The position numbers and the translations under genes were made by a program. 55,994 bases of DNA from Candidatus Micrarchaeota archaeon (GTDB taxonomy: Archaea > Micrarchaeota > Micrarchaeia > Micrarchaeales > Micrarchaeaceae): NCBI GenBank assembly GCA_021812105.1, contig JAKAOQ010000001.1, positions 1 to 55,994 of the forward strand. The letters are read 5' to 3'. Shown here in pieces: positions 54,500 through 55,994 of the stretch. The notes beneath the pieces are model-generated. The model saw only the letters and a program-made list of their open reading frames with translations. It searched no databases and had not been told where the DNA came from. Position 1 is the first letter of the stretch; every line of letters begins with the position of its first letter.

Positions 54500-55675
54500 T
54501 CAGAACCTGCCTACTGGAACCTCCGCCTGCTGGTACGATCTTGCAGGGATTAGCGACTCCTCGGCTTCGTACGTTTCGCGCGAGAGCAGCAACAGTACAA
54601 GCGCCGCGAAAGATACCAGGCTTATCGCTATCGTATATACCGCTCCACTGCTTATGTAGCTGTAGCTGAACAGTATCGTACTGAATGCCCCCACCAGCGA
54701 CCCTACCATAAACCCCTTGTCGGAGTGCACGAATATGAGGATTCCAGCAATGATGCTGAACAGCGCTAGGAAGAATCCGAGTAACGCAGAGGTGTAGGCG
54801 TAGTTAAGCTGGGCGATAAACGAAAAGAATCCGATCTTGTTGGCGTAATTCGTTATGTACGCTACCTGGCCTATTGCCGAGAATACAAAAACTACGAAAG
54901 CGATGATGAACAGCAGCGCTGAGAGCATGCTGAGCCTGTTGTACCTTACGGTGGTTTCAACACCGGCTCCCGTTGATACCTTGTCTATGTCCTCAAGGCA
55001 GTAGTAGTTGTTCTTGTACTCTATTATGTCCTCGTAGCAGAAGGGCCTGTTGCAGTAGTTGCAGAGTGCGTAGGCGGGTCTCCACGGATGCCATACGCAG
55101 GACTTGCCCTTGGCCGCGTCCCTGCTCTGTTCCTCGGTACGCGATATGGTTGACTTCTTTACGGGGCCGCCTCCGTGCGCGAACTCACCGGATATTATTG
55201 ACTCTATTTCCTCTTCGCTGGGCTGCAGCGACGAGTATATGCTTTCCACGCTTTCGGTCGGAGGAGACTCACGAACGGGTTGGACCACTGATTCGCGGTT
55301 TATCTCCTGCTCCGCTGCAGGCTGCTTCGGTTGCGGATTTGGTTGAGGCTTTGGCTGCTGCCTTACCACCGCCTTTTCCTGCGGCTTAGGCGCCAGCATC
55401 GCCTGGGGCTGCTGGACAACCTTGGGTTTTGCAGTTTGAATCTCTTTTGGCTGCTGGGCGACTTCCGCTTTTGCGGTTGGAACCTCTTTCGGCTGCTGCA
55501 CCACTTCCGGTTTAGCGATAGGGGTCTCCTTTGGCTGTGGAGCGGGCTTTTGCACCTCGGGCGACTGCTTCTTCTGCGCCTGCACAGGCTTCTCCTTCAC
55601 GGCCTTCTTCATTTTCTTCTCTGACTTCTCTTCGCGCTCCTTGAATATCAGCAGGTCATCAGGGTTCAGAGCCAT
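54500..55675 (-). CDS. Membrane protein with Pro/Gln/Lys-rich N-terminus, B-box-like Zn finger and four C-terminal TM helices
   Basis: CVWHPWRPAYALCNYCNRPFCYED...YYCLED followed by hydrophobic helices. Confidence 0.75.
   Translation of the reverse strand: MALNPDDLLIFKEREEKSEKKMKKAVKEKPVQAQKKQSPEVQKPAPQPKETPIAKPEVVQQPKEVPTAKAEVAQQPKEIQTAKPKVVQQPQAMLAPKPQEKAVVRQQPKPQPNPQPKQPAAEQEINRESVVQPVRESPPTESVESIYSSLQPSEEEIESIISGEFAHGGGPVKKSTISRTEEQSRDAAKGKSCVWHPWRPAYALCNYCNRPFCYEDIIEYKNNYYCLEDIDKVSTGAGVETTVRYNRLSMLSALLFIIAFVVFVFSAIGQVAYITNYANKIGFFSFIAQLNYAYTSALLGFFLALFSIIAGILIFVHSDKGFMVGSLVGAFSTILFSYSYISSGAVYTIAISLVSFAALVLLLLSRETYEAEESLIPARSYQQAEVPVGRF
55409..55534 (-). repeat. Three tandem 42-bp (14-aa) coding repeats
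   Basis: PKETPIAKPEVVQQ / PKEVPTAKAEVAQQ / PKEIQTAKPKVVQQ. Confidence 0.85.
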
Positions 55676-55680
55676 TCGGT

Positions 55681-55923
55681 CTACACCGTTTCCTCTCTGC
55701 GTTTAGCCGCCAAGCGCTTCTTCTTCTCGAATATTCCTCTGTGCTTTGCGCAGCTTATGCAGTAGTAAAGCTTCTGCCTTTCAAAGAACCTTATGTCGTT
55801 CGCGTCGTGGGTATCGGTGCTCAGGCTTATCCCGCGCTCGAATACCACGGCTTTGTTTCTTGGAATCTTCCTTCCGCAAGAACTGCATACTACAAGAGTA
55901 GATCTTCCTCGCAAGTTAAACAC
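55681..55923 (-). CDS. rps26e: 30S ribosomal protein S26e
   Basis: RGRSTLVVCSSCGRKIPRNKA...YYCISCAKHRGI matches the S26e zinc-finger pattern. Confidence 0.85.
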   Translation of the reverse strand: MFNLRGRSTLVVCSSCGRKIPRNKAVVFERGISLSTDTHDANDIRFFERQKLYYCISCAKHRGIFEKKKRLAAKRREETV

Positions 55924-55994
55924 CTGATAGCTTTTACGATAAAAAAGATTAAAAAGGATTGTGAGTTATGCGAGCGTAGCCGTTTCCGCCAGTC

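Noticed and set aside
1..55994. CRISPR array, rRNA genes, provirus
   Set aside because: No regularly spaced repeats, rRNA-like stretches, or capsid, integrase or terminase genes were seen.

Overview
Gene-dense archaeal chromosome segment. Gene content (PolD DP1/DP2, GatDE, Kae1/Bud32, aIF2-gamma, Alba, CDC48, S6e, L40e, S26e), intron-containing tRNAs and many orphan ORFs suggest a DPANN archaeon, probably Micrarchaeota; this is inference, no phylogeny was run. The window opens inside a solo IS200/IS605-type tnpB element inserted just downstream of tRNA-Met. It also holds three tRNAs (Met and Thr with introns, Gly without), a surface-glycan cluster, two HhH DNA glycosylases and an RHH-MNT/HEPN toxin-antitoxin pair. 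The best candidate for an undescribed system is a three-gene module present twice (3.4-5.6 kb and 39.3-40.9 kb): a tandem Lrp/AsnC regulator divergent from a stand-alone RAM/ACT-like small protein, followed by a ~50-aa microprotein missed by the ORF track (shared motif LDDDVVVVxxxPGxVW) and a GC-rich hairpin. Copy 1 is flanked by an apparent 9-codon micro-gene; copy 2 by an EamA transporter with a GAD-like tail resembling the GatE insertion domain. Other oddities: an IleRS with AAHH/EMHRH in place of HIGH/KMSKS, a divergent histone-fold candidate, a greatly enlarged HMG-CoA synthase-like protein, and a ParB/Srx + HAD gene pair. All family calls come from recognising motifs by eye; no database searches were run.
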